Positions 49,647-64,000 of a stretch of DNA of 64,000 bases are shown here, in pieces. Position numbers and translations under genes: made by a program. The notes below the pieces were generated by a model. It saw only the letters and a list, made by a program, of their open reading frames with translations, had not been told where the DNA came from and ran no database searches. The DNA is from Marsupella aquatica (Eukaryota > Plantae > Marchantiophyta), in contig OZ316898.1 of NCBI GenBank assembly GCA_973895155.1, positions 13,608,330 to 13,672,329 of the forward strand, read 5' to 3'. Every line of letters begins with the position of its first letter. The stretch's first letter is position 1.

Positions 49647-51050
49647 GCGGGAACCGATTGTCGGCTGCCTCCATGCCAGAAAAATTAACTTGCAAGATCT
49701 GAAAATTGTTGGAGTCGCCTGTGCTGTAAACGAAGTTTTAAGTTTCGAGCTCGAAGTGACGCAAACGCACAATATTTCCCGAGCTGGATTCCATCGTTGG
49801 GTTCGAGGAGTAAATTTCCTTATTATTCGTCGCGGGGAAAAAGACGATGCTAAGAATAATCTCAGAATGTGACTCAAGGCCATACTTCCCCTAGCATCAC
49901 CAACTGATATGAGATCCAAGCGCATGGCTCGTAAGGCTGGAGCTCTGGTGCTTATCACTGCTGTCTGGTTGTCTAATAGTGTGCGATTAAAACTACAACT
50001 GTAAGCAAGATAACCACCCTCAAAATCAGCACAAAACTCCAATCCAGATCCTACCATCGTTTCCATAAGAATTGAAAAGTGGCCATGCTAAACGCTTGGG
50101 TAGGACATTTTCCCACAGGCGAAACTTCAAGGTCCAACAGTGTACGAAGCATACAGGCATTGGAAGATCAAGGCAAACCTAAGCCTGGGCTTGAGATATC
50201 GCCATCTGTCCTCCGAGAATATAGCATTCTTGGCATGGCCTTCCGTTTGTTTGCTTGTTGAGAAAAAACACAGAGCAAAAAACCGCAATTGAGGGTCTAC
50301 CAACCGTCCGTCAGCATCAAATACGAACTCAAATCTAGAACTTGCTGTTCCTGTTCCTCCTGTTGCTCGTCTCCTTCCTCCTGCGAACTGAATGAAACAT
50401 TGTGTTCAAATCTTACTAGCCTCCGAACGAATCATAAAGAACCCGTCAGCTAGCTTACTTTGTCCTTGTCCTCCTCGTCTTCTTGCTTCTCTTCATTTTG
50501 TGGTGGTGGTGGTGGTGGAGGAGGTGGAGGTTGTTGTTGCTGATCATCCTGAGGAGGCATGTCGATAAGAATTGATTGTGGTATGATCACAAGGTCAACC
50601 TGCAACAAGATAACCGGATGGCCAGATTCCACCATAAATACAAGCAATCGAGAAAAGTTATGAGTATGTTGATAGGAGATCATCGAGCAGGACGACACGT
50701 TCACAAGAGGAAATCTACATTGGTGACTCCTGTTATCATAACCTACAAAATATGTCCAGTACATCGTAGGATGGGTGGCTTTTAGGGCAAGTTACAGTTC
50801 CAGAATTTACTGCTTTCTGCACATCATCCACGCCAACTCTGTCACGTCCCTCCAAAGCAATGAATGCCTCCGCCACCCTCACGGCCATTAGCTCTGCACG
50901 ACGTCCCTGTTCCAGACTTGAGTTGCAAGGGCTGACAAAGACATCCTCAATCCCATCACCGTCGTACTGCAATCTGTCTGCCAATCCTGCCTCCTACCTG
51001 TACAGAAGCCCCGGCACTCAGTAAGCTCAAATTGAAATGCGAAAAGCTGC
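49647..51050 (-). pseudogene. CHLD: Scrambled inverted partial duplicate of the CHLD locus
   Basis: Minus-strand copies of CHLD intron 2/exon 3 (TGG>TAG at 50996-50994), exons 7-9 with introns, part of exon 11 and the 63.7-63.88-kb downstream region; plus-strand copy of the exon 10 end at 49904-49987. Confidence 0.92.
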
Positions 51051-51527
51051 AGAAATAGACAATCAATAACTTGTTCTGTGGGTAAGGTGTAGGTGAAGAA
51101 AAAAAGGTCTTTGCGCTAAAGAAGCAAACCATCATCAAGTTTTCATTTGAAGGAGTCGCATCAAAATACTGAGGGTTCCAAGAAATATAAAGATCTGCGA
51201 AATATGAACCGATCCCCGCTCTCTCCAAAGTCACCTGCCCGAAAGAAGCACGAATGCCTCCTGCCAGCCTGTTGGATCTGGGATTTATGTCAGCACGAGG
51301 AACTACTGCACCGGAATATGAAAGCAGTTGTGGTTGATGAGACCACAACAACGATGTTGGAAGTCTTAAAACGATAAGTTCGTCAATTATTTCACTGCTG
51401 CGTACTATTCAAAGTTTAAGACGTTTCTCTTGTGAAAGTCAAAGTTTTAAGACATTACTCTTTTGGAAGTCCATCGTATCTTTACTCTCCAGTTTAGCTT
51501 CACGTTCACTTCTCTTCAGTTTGCTCA

Positions 51528-51735
51528 CGATGTTTGAATTTGTTGTAAGTCGGACCAGTGATACGATTGTAAGAGAGACGTTGTCCTCTACGCTTACGCT
51601 CGTGTCGAGACACCTTTATACACAGTAATGGCTCAGGATGTTTGAAATTGTAAGTCGGGCCACAGATAAGATTGTAAGGGAGATAGTGTCCTATTGCTTT
51701 TACAGTGCAGCCAAGACAATTTTATACACAACGGC
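51528..51735 (-). promoter_or_regulatory. ~106-bp tandem duplication, each unit with a TATA box facing the CHLD pseudogene
   Basis: GTGTATAAA on the minus strand (TATAAA at 51620-51615 and 51726-51721) within homologous units. Confidence 0.55.
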
Positions 51736-52364
51736 GACCTTTTCCACGTTTGAATCTGCTCCTAGCTAAAATGAGTCGATGTCCCCGAATTTCACCAAAA
51801 ATTACAAATTAGGCAATCACGGCATTGTTCGACGCACATGTAAGAGAATACTCCCGAGGCTTACATGACCATTGCGCTTCACTGACGGACATCTCTCTGG
51901 CTAAAGATCCCCCACACTTTGATGTTCAAACCAGCGTATTAGAGGTCGTTCAGAAGGAAGTAACACCTTCACAGTTACGAAACTTTCAACTCTCATCCCA
52001 CCATATCTAAGACCCATGGGCAGCTACAAACAAAAGCATATTAGGCTCAACCCAACATTCGAGACCGTCGAACACCTCCAATTGGTTCTTCCAGCCCAAA
52101 ATTTAAGCATCCATGCAGTAGACTGAACGACGAAGGAGAAGTGAAATAGTCCACTTTATTTGTGGACGAACTGATTCTTTCCGTATATTTACATGAGTGG
52201 GAAGAGTGGGGCAACGCAAATGTAACATGCGGAGCACGTACGAGGTGACAGTCTCTAGGTCCTAACTACGAGCCTCGATTCACATAACGAATCCTTGAAA
52301 CTCTAAATCTCTTTTACAACCCGAAGTTTTCTTTTAGGCTCTACAAGGTCAACCTGCAGTGTCC

Positions 52365-53588
<1,224 letters not shown>

Positions 53589-56500
53589 TCACCAACCTCC
53601 TGTCTACTCTAAATTTCACACAATCTGCACCACACCACACCACACCACACCACGCTCTCCACAGCAAACCTAGCTCGTAAAGAAGAAGGAGAACGAGCTC
53701 TGAATGACTCGTCTAGTGCGTCGGAGCCCTTTAAATATCGATAAGATGAGGACCGGAGGAGGAGGAGGAGCGACGTCGAGCATACTCACCGGGGTCGGTA
53801 TTCCGGGACACGATAAACCCGCCTTTTATCGAGAAAAGTCACGTGAGGGGCCTGACCGGTGCTGCGCACAGGCCGGTTATGGTCCGGTCCGGGAATTCTA
53901 CTGCATCAAACAAATGGACTGCGGTGACATAAAGACAACCACAGTTATGAGATAAAGAGAACCACAGTTTCCTGGTTGCAGTCTCTTCGGTATTTTGGTG
54001 AGACCTTTGGTTGAGACACAAAATGGCCTCAACAGAGGCTTTTGGAAAAGAGCAACTTGTAGTGCACGCTATGGAAGATTTGTCGAGCTTTCATCAAGGA
54101 AAAGAGCAATTGGTAGTGAACAGTATTGGAGCTTGTTTAGCTTTCATCAAGAAAAAGAGCAATTGGTAGTCAACACAATGAAAGCTTTCAGCGAAGCAAA
54201 CAGGAGCTACAGAAGTGTTGACAATGTTTGAAAAATAGAAGGATGCAAGTTTGCGCATTTGAGGGAGTTGTTCCAAAAATGATTCCCAAGTGAAGTTTTC
54301 AGATCTGGCAAAATTTGTAGTGGGTGGTCAAAATCATGGTTTTTGATGGGCTCGAACAAGGGAAAGCAACATTGGAGAGGCAGATCGAGCAAAGCATCTC
54401 AAGAATGGGATGATGAGGAGCAAGCATGGTGGGAGACTCTTGTGATGACAATCAGACAATGAGGTCCTCAAATAAATGTAAAGGCAATGGCTCCATTGGG
54501 GCATCTCAAGCCAGCTTCCCTGTGGTGGTTTTATGTGAATTGGCAGGCAGGACTGCTGGTAAAAAGTCTGTGGCTTCCAAAACATGTTAGATTCACTAAC
54601 CCAGACGCTTGGTTAACTGGTATCCACAACAAAAATTGGTCACTGCCCTTTAAATAGTGATCAAATTCAAAATTTTGATGATGTTGAGTTAGCCAACAGG
54701 TGGGTGTTGTGACACCTCTCAAACCGGAAGACCCCTAGGTAAAGTTTGCTGGAAAGTTGGGTCGTGGTCAGGTTCAGAGATGAAAATTTCTTGCAGCAGC
54801 TAACCCCAAAAAACTGGGAAACAGCGGGTTTAATATGCCCTATTAGAGCCATCTTGTTCTTTCTTAGTCTTACAAACAATCATTTTTCACGATAAAAATG
54901 CAAGTATAGAGACCAGTTACAACCAACTTCTGGCACTTATGGAACACCAAGATTTCGATCAGACAGTTTAATAACCCAGTCACATTCAGCTGTTCATAAG
55001 TGTACTTCATTGTAGGTAGAACATTATTGGTAGAACATGACCAGGAAGAGTTCCTGATTGAATTCTACAATAAGCCATGAAGACCAGGAAATGTTCCTCA
55101 CTGAATTCTAGAGTGTACCAGCATCTTAAACTTGCTGTTATTATTTTAAGTTTGTGGCAGTGAGACATCTATGTCAGTCTACACCCCACATCTATCCAGA
55201 GGACGGCAAGAAATTACCTTCAATTGGTCTCAATTCCCTATTAATACCCCTGCTTCACTGGATTGTGCTCTAAAATAATAGCATTTGTGCCCCTCCTTCA
55301 ATGGATTCTGCTCCAAATAGCTGGGTCGGGTTAAATGTGTACAGCACAATAGAAACTTGTGGTAGTTATTGCATTGGCAAAATGCAAAACAGGGAATTCC
55401 CTTCCATAATGACCAGAAAAGTACAACGAGAAAAATGTTGAAGGGATTTAAACAAGAAACTCCCCAGCTCACTAATTGTAAAAGAGAATCAGGAACCCAC
55501 CTGGGTTATTAGAGGCACTTTACAAGACCACTAAGAGCATCCGCACCTGTCTTCCATAGAAGGCAGCCGGCAGCAAATATGCAGGGTTCCACACAGGAAT
55601 CCCCTTTTGGATTCCCCACTGGAGAACAATAGCATTCCGCTAACACCCTGGGCCTGGCTAAACAGGTCCCTGCCGAGGCATTCCTACCTTGCAATAGCAG
55701 CGCCAGCCAACTGACCTCCGTTCATAATGACTGGACAAGATTCTATGTAGGGTGTTCCATCCAACCCGGTCGGGGCATGTGCTTGTGGTACACTGCCAGT
55801 CGGCACACATCATTTAGAAACATCAGAGGGTTTTAGTGGGATGGGTGGGGAACTCTACCACTGCATTTATTGCCCAGGCTTATGAGTGCCAATCGGCCTT
55901 GCCACTTTGGCTTATAGCAGGCAAGTATGTACCGTGGGTGTGGATGCTCTAAGGCAAATTCAAGGCCAAATTTCCCTACCTCTTGAGTGTTCACTTTAGA
56001 TATAATAAGTTCCAAAAATATAATAAGTGACCAAAAACCAGTACTATTTTGGTGGGACCCGTGTGATTGATGAGATATCCTTACACGGTGGGGTGCACAA
56101 AAGTGTGGATCTCCTCTGAAAGGTGATCCAATCCTTTGGCCAAAAGTTCTCACCTGGTATAACAACTGGGTCCCACCCAGTTCAGGGTAGGATTGGGATG
56201 GATTGGGATTTCCAAGCTCTAAAGTGCCTCCATGATCCTGTAAAGAGAAAATGCAGCAGCTTGAGATGATTAAGATTTAATGAATCCACAAAACTTTGCC
56301 ATGGCCCTTCTCTTGTAAAAGTGCCCCCTCAGATTTGGAGAACTTTGGCTCAAAGTGCGTCATGTAAAGTGGTCTCTGAGCTTTGCGAACTGACATTCTG
56401 TATCGTTCAACAGGTCGAAGCATTTTCTCAAGCTCCCGCACAGAAACCTTAGCTCGCTCGACCTGCTCTCACTCTGTCTCGTCTTCGTTCGCTACTACGT

Positions 56501-56840
56501 TAGGTTTAAGCATTTTGCAGAAACTCAGCACAGATATCTCTGTGTTTCGAGCATTCAGTGATCTTTGAATTCAGTGATCTTTGAATTTGACATTCTGTAC
56601 TGAAATTCCTGCAATGATCGCTCCTGCAGTTCACTTGAATGTCTCTGCGTCAAAATCGGGGCTCCGGGTTGTCATGGTCGAAGAAGCAGCTGACAAAAAT
56701 TAAGAATCCCGCCAGGTTTCTGACCATGTCCCGGGCCATTTCTCACTGCTGACGGATGAGGGACAACACTTTTGTTAGGGACAGCCGACGCGAAGTGACG
56801 GGAGTCAGTTTTGTCCAACTGAGTTGCGAGCTTCCAAACA

Positions 56841-59800
56841 ATGGCGACGGCGGTGGCTCTGCATACATGCACTTCTGTTCTCCGCGGCGGGTCACGCAGC
56901 TCGGAGCAGAGCCTGAGCAGCATTGGGTCCCAATTCCCAAACAGCTTGTCATTGAGGGCGGGAAGGATTCATGGAAGGCGCAGGTGTTCATGGCGTGCAC
57001 ACGTTAGAGCAGCGGAGAAGACACAACCGGGCATTCGCGCCTCAGCGACAGCCACAGTCGAAGCACCTCCTGCAGATCTGGGAGAACCAACTTATGGTCG
57101 CCAATTCTTTCCTCTTGCTGCTGTGGTTGGCCAGGTTCGTCTTCATTTGCATCCTCCCTCCTACAATACCTCTCGTTCAGCACCATGTTGCAAACTAAAC
57201 TGAATTTCCAGTGGGCTTTATGTATCAATATTTTGAAGAAGTCTTACATTTGATCCTATCTGAACTCTGTTCCTGAAAATAGTCCTTAGAGTTCATTGTG
57301 TGTCATATTTCTATCTTTAGCGGCAGATCTACAGGATTCAGTTTGTTGCCGTGAGGCAATTCAGAAAGAGAGTATCGCAGTTAGGCAGCGCTTGACTCTA
57401 AGTGACCATTGAGAAGATGCTGCGTCACAGGATGCTATCAAGACTGCCTTATTATTAGGAGCAGTGGATGGAGCAATAGGAGGAATTGCGTTATCCGGCA
57501 AGCGTGGCACAGCAAAAACTATCATGGCGCGTGGATTACATGCGCTTCTACCTCCTATTGAAATTGTTAAAGGCTCCTTCGCCAATGCGGATGTCAAATG
57601 TCCTGAAGAGTACGTCGAGATTTTTGTATGGAGATTTTGATTGTCAAATTATGCAGCTTTTCGCATTTCAATTTGAGGGTGCTGACTGCCGGGGCTTCTG
57701 TACAGGTGGGAGGCAGGATTGACTGACAGATTGCAGTACGATGGTAATGGGAATATCGCAGTCGAGGTTATCAAAGCTCCATTTGTGCAGGTCGGCAATA
57801 AGCATGACCTCTCTTCAAACGTCTTGCTTTTCCCCGTAATAGACAGTAATGCGCGTCTCCCTTGTATTTCTATGGGGATGAATTGGTTTCTTTTGCACCC
57901 TGAAGGTGTGCTTTCTGTACATTTCATCATACTGGTTGGGTGCTGATTTAACCGGAATTATTGTCCTTTGTCCCAAATATCTCCAGATTCCTCTTGGTAT
58001 AACAGAGGATCGTCTTCTAGGTTCTGTTGATGTGGAAGAGTCAATAAAGACTGGAACTACTGTGTTTCAGCCGGGACTTTTGGCTGATGCTCATAGAGGT
58101 GTGTTGTACGTGGATGAGATCAACCTTCTAGATGAAGGAATTAGCAATCTTTTACTCAATGTGCTCACCGAAGGCGTGAATGTAGTGGAAAGAGAGGGTG
58201 TCAGCTTCCGGCACCCTTGTAAACCCCTTCTCATTGCTACATACAATCCTGACGAAGGCGCTGTTCGGGAGCATTTACTTGATCGAATTGCGATCAATCT
58301 AAGGTTTACTTGCAACCTTTTTTACTTCATGGGTGACCTTTGCCGTGTATCGCTTCATACTTATATGCTTTGATGCAAAGCCTATTTGGTTGCGAGTATA
58401 CTCAGACTGGTCACAGCTGAACGAGTTCTCGGGGAGTACATGTGAAGGAATATTATTGATCCTATACCTGATGTTTTGAAGTGCGTGATGTCTGAATCAG
58501 TGCCGATAATGAGATGAACTTCGACGACCGTGTGAATGCTGTGGAGATTGCTACTCAATTTCAAGAAAATTCAAAGCAAGTGCAGCGAGATGTGAATGAA
58601 GCAACCGACACAGTAAAGACACAGGTGATTCTGCTTTCACCATGCCATAATTGGTGCACAAAGGGTTTCCTAGAGGAATGGAGAGAGCTGCCTAAATGGG
58701 TTTAGGGGTTAAGGGTGGATACTGAGTGCATCTGAGTATTTCGAGAAATTCGTCAGATGTAAGGGCAGCTTGTAGTGTCCTTCTGAGCTAAGTTGTTAAA
58801 CAGTCGTTATCAACAGGCGTCCTTTGGGAACCTGCCTTCTGACTTACCATTGGGCTGTCTTCTTTTCTCAGCGGGCATCTGTATAGTATAGTCCAATCAG
58901 CAGAAGCACTTAGGATTGAAACCAGGCCACAATCTGAGTTTTTCTTTTTTTGCCTTCATGGTAACAAGGCGATGTCATCTGCTATTAGACTTTTGAGCAG
59001 TGACGAGTTCGGTTTGGCAGGTTATCCTGGCGAGGGAATGGCTGAAAGATGTCACCATAAGCAAGGAGCAAATCAAATATCTAGTCATGGAGGCCATCCG
59101 TGGCGGCTGTCAGGTACTCGCACTGCTCCTTTTGGTTGCATATTGCAGTTGTATGAAGCTCGATTGAGGGTTTCGTTGTCAGCCATTGCAACTCTATGTA
59201 TCTGAGACTCACGTCTGGAACAGGGACATCGTGCGGAGCTAATGGCCGTGAGGGTTGCTAAGGCATTCGCCGCATTGGAGGGACGTGATAGAGTTGGCGT
59301 GGATGATCTGAAGAAAGCAGTAAGTTCTGGAACTTTCCATTGCCCTAAACGCCACCCATTCTAAGATGTACTGGACACATTTTGTAGGTTATGATACCAG
59401 GAGTCACCAATGTAGAACTCCTCTTGTGAACGTTTCGTCCTGCTCGATGATCTTCTATCCACATTCTCATAACTTTTCCCAATTGCTTGTATATGTGGTG
59501 GAATGTGACCATTCAACTATCTTTTCTTGCAGGTTGAACTTGTGATCATACCACGATCAATTCTGATGGACATGCCTCCTCAGGATGATCAGCAACAACA
59601 ACCTCCACCACCTCCACCACCACCACCAGAAAATCAAGAGAAGCAAGAAGACGAGGAGGACAAGGACAAAGTAAGCTGACGGGTTATTTATGATTCGTGC
59701 GGAGTCCAGTACAAGATGAACACAATTTTTCATTTTAATAGCGAAATGTCCTACAAAGAATGATCGTGTGGTAGCTTAACTTAAAGTAGCGATTTCTTGT

Positions 59801-62252
59801 GAACGTGTGAAATGCATCTTGTCTAGGAAGAGGAGGAAGAAGACGAGCAACAGGAGGAACAGGAACAGCAAGTTCCAGAGGAGTTCGTATTTGATGCTGA
59901 AGGAGGGTTGGCAGACCCTCAATTGCTGTTTTTCGCTCAACAAGCAAACAAACGGAAGGGGAAAGCTGGCCGTGCCAAGAATGTTATATTCTCGGAGGAC
60001 AGAGGGCGATATATCAAGCCCATGCTTCCGAAGGTATGCCTTGCATATTCCAATGCCTGTATGCTTGTTCCACCATTGGACCCTGGAGTTCCACCTGTAG
60101 TAAAATGTCCAGCCCAAGTTATTAGCATGACCGCTTTTCATTTCCCATGGAAAAGGTGGTAGGATCAGGAGTGGTTGTGTTGTGTTGATTGTTAGTGTCC
60201 TTATCTTGCTTACAGTTGTAGGTTTACAGACAGTTATGATCCTCTCTCCGGGGACCCATGGCATGAATTCCCGTGGACTTGAAATTTCTTCATTTCTCTC
60301 TTTGATTAGGGTCAAGTGAAGCGATTGGCTGTGGATGCAACTTTGAGGGCAGCTGCACCTTATCAAAAATTGCGGAGACAAAGAGCAATTGACAACGGGC
60401 AGCAAAGAAAAGTTTATGTTGAGCAGTCTGATATGAGATCCAAGCGCATGGCTCGTAAGGCTGGAGCTCTGGTACTTATCACTGCTATCTGGTTGTCTAA
60501 GAGTGTGCGATGCTAAGTCGAAGAAATTTGGTATACTTCGCTGTGTTCATCACAATGAACTCTAGAAATTGCAATTAGTAACCTCAGGATAACTTCACAG
60601 AATGAACAAGCTGATTATTTTGACCCGAGTTTGTGACTGGTCTGCAGGTCATATTCGTAGTTGATGCTAGTGGAAGTATGGCCTTGAATCGCATGAATAA
60701 CGCCAAAGGTGCAGCTATGCAGCTTCTGGCTGATAGCTATACCAGCAGGGATCAGGTGCACTTTTGCTATCATTTGAACTTTCGTATCGAGTGCAGATGA
60801 CAAATAACTTGTTCAATTATACAAAGGTGATAAATTTACAGTAACATTTGATATATTGAATATCGACTTGCAAGTTCTCTTGAAATCAATCTGTGTTTTG
60901 GCAGGTATCCATCATACCATTCAGAGGCGATGCTGCAGAGGTGCTTCTTCCACCATCAAGGTCTATTGCTATGGCAAGGAAGCGCCTGGACAGGCTCCCA
61001 TGTGGCGGCGGTTCACCCCTTGCGCATGGGCTTGTCACGGTAATCTTGGAATTCAAAAGCTTGGGATTTCCTGGAAATTCTGAGTCGGATATAAGTCGGA
61101 TCTTATTGAAGACAGTGGCCTCATCCACTTATTAAAACAGAGGATGGAAAGGACTAGATGGAAGACTGTCTTCTGAAGTACACTAGGGTTGTATTTTGCT
61201 GCCGTTGGTGGCATAAAATGTTATGCTTTTGTTAAGACGATCTCTTCGATCTTGGGTAGTAACACGTTGTTTTTACTTTAATTGCCATGCGTTATGCAGG
61301 CTGTCAGAGTAGGCATGAATGCAGAAAAAAGTGGAGATGTCGGACGAGTGATGATTGTGGCAATTACTGATGGGAGGGCCAACGTTTCACTAAAAAAGTC
61401 AAATGGAGACGAAGAGGCCAATATGCCCGACGCGCCCCGGCCAACACAGAAAGAGTTGAAGGTAAACGCACAAACCGACCTCTGAATAGTCCACACTCAG
61501 CAATCCTGATGAGGTTTTCTTTTGCCTCTGCTAATGTCAGAGTGATTATAGCGAGTCTAGCGTATTGGACGTGATGGCTAATTTTCTCGGTTAACATCTT
61601 GTGCCAGGATGAGATATTAGAGGTGGCTGGAAAGATCTACAAGGCAGGGATGTCACTTCTTGTAATTGATACAGAAAACAAGTTTATCTCCACCGGATTT
61701 GCCAAAGAGATGGCTCGGATTGCTCAAGGTTGGTATAAATAATCTGATCCTTCAAAGCTGAAATACGATTTTGGGACATAATTGCGTTTGTCGACCTTCC
61801 ATTGACCCACATTTCGGGATAGTGAGACCTAACATGAAATCAGAGGCAAATGTAGACATCAACAAAAGTCCTCGCCCCTCAATAAAGCCTCTAAGTGAAG
61901 TGAATGTAGGTAATTTCCTCGCTCCCTTACACTGTGACGGGTCGAGCTTCCGTTGACTTTTTCTGGAAATTGGGGCCGAAAATAGAATTGTAAGGTACTA
62001 TACGCATCAATAAGGGTCCTGGTCCCTCTATCAAACGTCCAATCAAACGTTCCAATCTATCAAGGTAGATATGCACTCCCTCATTCCTCCAAGAATGTAA
62101 ATCGCATGCTCCTGTGTCATGGTTTTAGTGAGCTAATCGTGATTTTTGGGGTGTTTGATGATGCAGGAAAGTATTATTATCTCCCAAATGCATCAGACTC
62201 TGTGGTATCAGCAGCGACTAAGGAGGCACTCGGTCAATTGAAGAGTGAATAG
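56841..62252 (+). CDS. CHLD: Magnesium chelatase subunit D, chloroplastic; exons 56841-57134, 57431-57609, 57706-57790, 57987-58303, 58501-58624, 59021-59113, 59224-59319, 59533-59670, 59827-60033, 60310-60471, 60648-60755, 60905-61039, 61300-61461, 61608-61728, 62167-62252
   Basis: Transit peptide; [38 protein letters not shown], Pro/acidic linker, [31 protein letters not shown]; all junctions GT-AG. Confidence 0.97.
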
Positions 62253-63876
62253 GTACAGGTAGCGTAGTTTAGAGCCGTGGCTTAAGCGGTATCAGCTGTT
62301 CTGCTGACTCCTGGTTGTGATGTTTCAAAAGCACAGCTGCTACATTTTTCGCAGAACTCATCTTGCCATCCTGTCAATCCGAGTGTGCTCCGGTTGGCAA
62401 ATAGGGCATGTAGTTTACAGGCGTTTGTAACCTTCCAACTACTCTAGAGCATGCAGGGTGCAGTAACTTAATGTCTCAGTTGCTCGACGTAGGAAGCTGC
62501 CCAAGCATTGCAGTGGATGTAAGACTGCCCGATTAAATGATGTGGTCCCCTTATTTAGGGCTAGAGAGCTGCTGGTACCTCGTGCACTGGCACAATTTTC
62601 TTTGCTGGGAAGGCAAGCATGTAAAGAAGATAAGATGCCAAGTGTCTTTGTTGCGCAGCCAAGATTGGCACGACGATAGATACCAGCCTTGATTTTCAAT
62701 TGACTGACTGTTTTGTGTCTCACCATCCGTCCTTGTATAATAGAGACTACCACAAACTGGGTTGATCTGCCATGTCAATGTCAAGTTCGGCTCGATTGTC
62801 AATAACTAGGGTATTCTCAACAGGCAAGCTGTGAGTTGCAAGTCTGCTCTATATCATGCGCTACTAAGAAGCCTGGATTGTTCTCAAATTGATAAGAATG
62901 TCTTGGAACTTTTCCTTTATCGAAGGGAAAGGAAAGATGAGGGGTATGCAAGCTTGCACTATTTAGAGTCCTTTGAATGGTTTGTCAAACAGGTACGATA
63001 ATATTTCATAAACTGTCAAATTTTCCATTCCTCAACCGTCACTCTGATGATTTTACTTGTGTTGAGTTATAATTAAGACTTCCATGTTGCATTACCTTCA
63101 TGCACTGTCTGTTTCTCATGTCTCTAATTCCCTCTTAGGAGTAGTAAGTCTCTTCTGGTGGAATAATGGAAGCATGCATACCCCTCATCTTTCCTGAGAA
63201 CAAAGGTTTGACACTGCTACTCAGATGGACACAGTAACTTCATAGTGACATATAATACTCGCAGCAGGCTGAATTTACATTGTAACCAAAGGAACCAATC
63301 TTTTTAGTTGATTGAGAATCCACTGAAAACGCTCTATTCCTGGTCAAATACATGTTTACTTGTCATCAAACTGAAATGTAAAACATGCTATGGGAGTAGA
63401 TTTAATGTGTCATATGCGTCCATCAGGGTTTAGTGTGTCCATCTGAGCTTCAACTGGTTGTTTCCACTCAAATAGGGGATTTAAGTCCATGTCTTTTAGT
63501 GGCAAAACTTAGCCAAATTCCACCCGAGTGAAGCCTTTGCCACCTTTGGAGAACAATCATCAGACTTTTTGTGTTCATTTGCCAGTTTCCCACCTAGCTG
63601 CAGACCTTCTTGGCTACCTTATTGGCTGACTGTTATCCTTAAATCTAGAGATATCTAAAGGTCAGAAATAAGTCACTTAAAATTAATAAAGTAAATTCTC
63701 TTCCACCCCTGGCAATTGAACAAGAAAAATTACTTCTCAAACCCAATGATGAAATATGAGTTAGTGTCACTTTGAGCTCTAAACTTGAAACTTGTTTTCA
63801 GCACAGGCAACTCAACAATTTCAGATCTTGCAACATGATTTTTCGTGCATGGAGGTAACTGACAATCGGTTCCCAC

Positions 63877-64000
63877 TGTGGGGAGAAATCAGATCAGGAA
63901 AAACACTCCAAACATGCACGTGCTCAATAGTTACGTGGTTCGCCTCAAGGTTGGCTACGTCCACGGGAAGACCAAACTTTATTAGCGGTTATGTGTGTAC
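63877..64000 (-). mobile_element. Third copy of the Copia LTR (cut by the window edge)
   Basis: TGTGGGGAGAAATCAGATC...GTGGTTCGCCTCAAGGTTGGCTACGTCCACGGGAAGACC, nearly identical to 28458 and 34175; preceded by CCCAC (predicted TSD). Confidence 0.93.

Overview
Gene-rich nuclear DNA from a land plant, probably a bryophyte (inferred from gene style, not proven). Protein genes: the 5' end of a Q-rich gene running off the left edge, intronless mitochondrial RPL3 and AIP1/WDR1, a PHIP1-like RRM-RRM-CCHC gene, a conserved unknown protein, an MSL1-like MscS channel, an orphan membrane-anchored ORF, penta-ubiquitin and a 15-exon CHLD. Mobile DNA: a full-length but decayed Tnt1-like Copia element (LTRs, PBS, PPT, TATCT TSD), a third copy of its LTR at the right edge, a related solo LTR, a Mutator-like element with repeat-built TIRs, and several MITEs. 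The most notable items missing from the ORF track are: (i) two box C/D snoRNAs in PHIP1 intron 2 with a guide for the 25S rRNA peptidyl-transferase region (snoR64-like); (ii) a scrambled, inverted CHLD pseudogene behind a duplicated TATA element and downstream of polyubiquitin, carrying an internally flipped segment perfectly antisense to 44 nt of CHLD exon 10; (iii) a GTAAG donor overlapping the AIP1 stop codon that is in phase with a downstream ~98-codon exon; (iv) a run of four adjacent hairpins at 35.3-35.5 kb. All calls were made by eye; no searches or folding programs were run.
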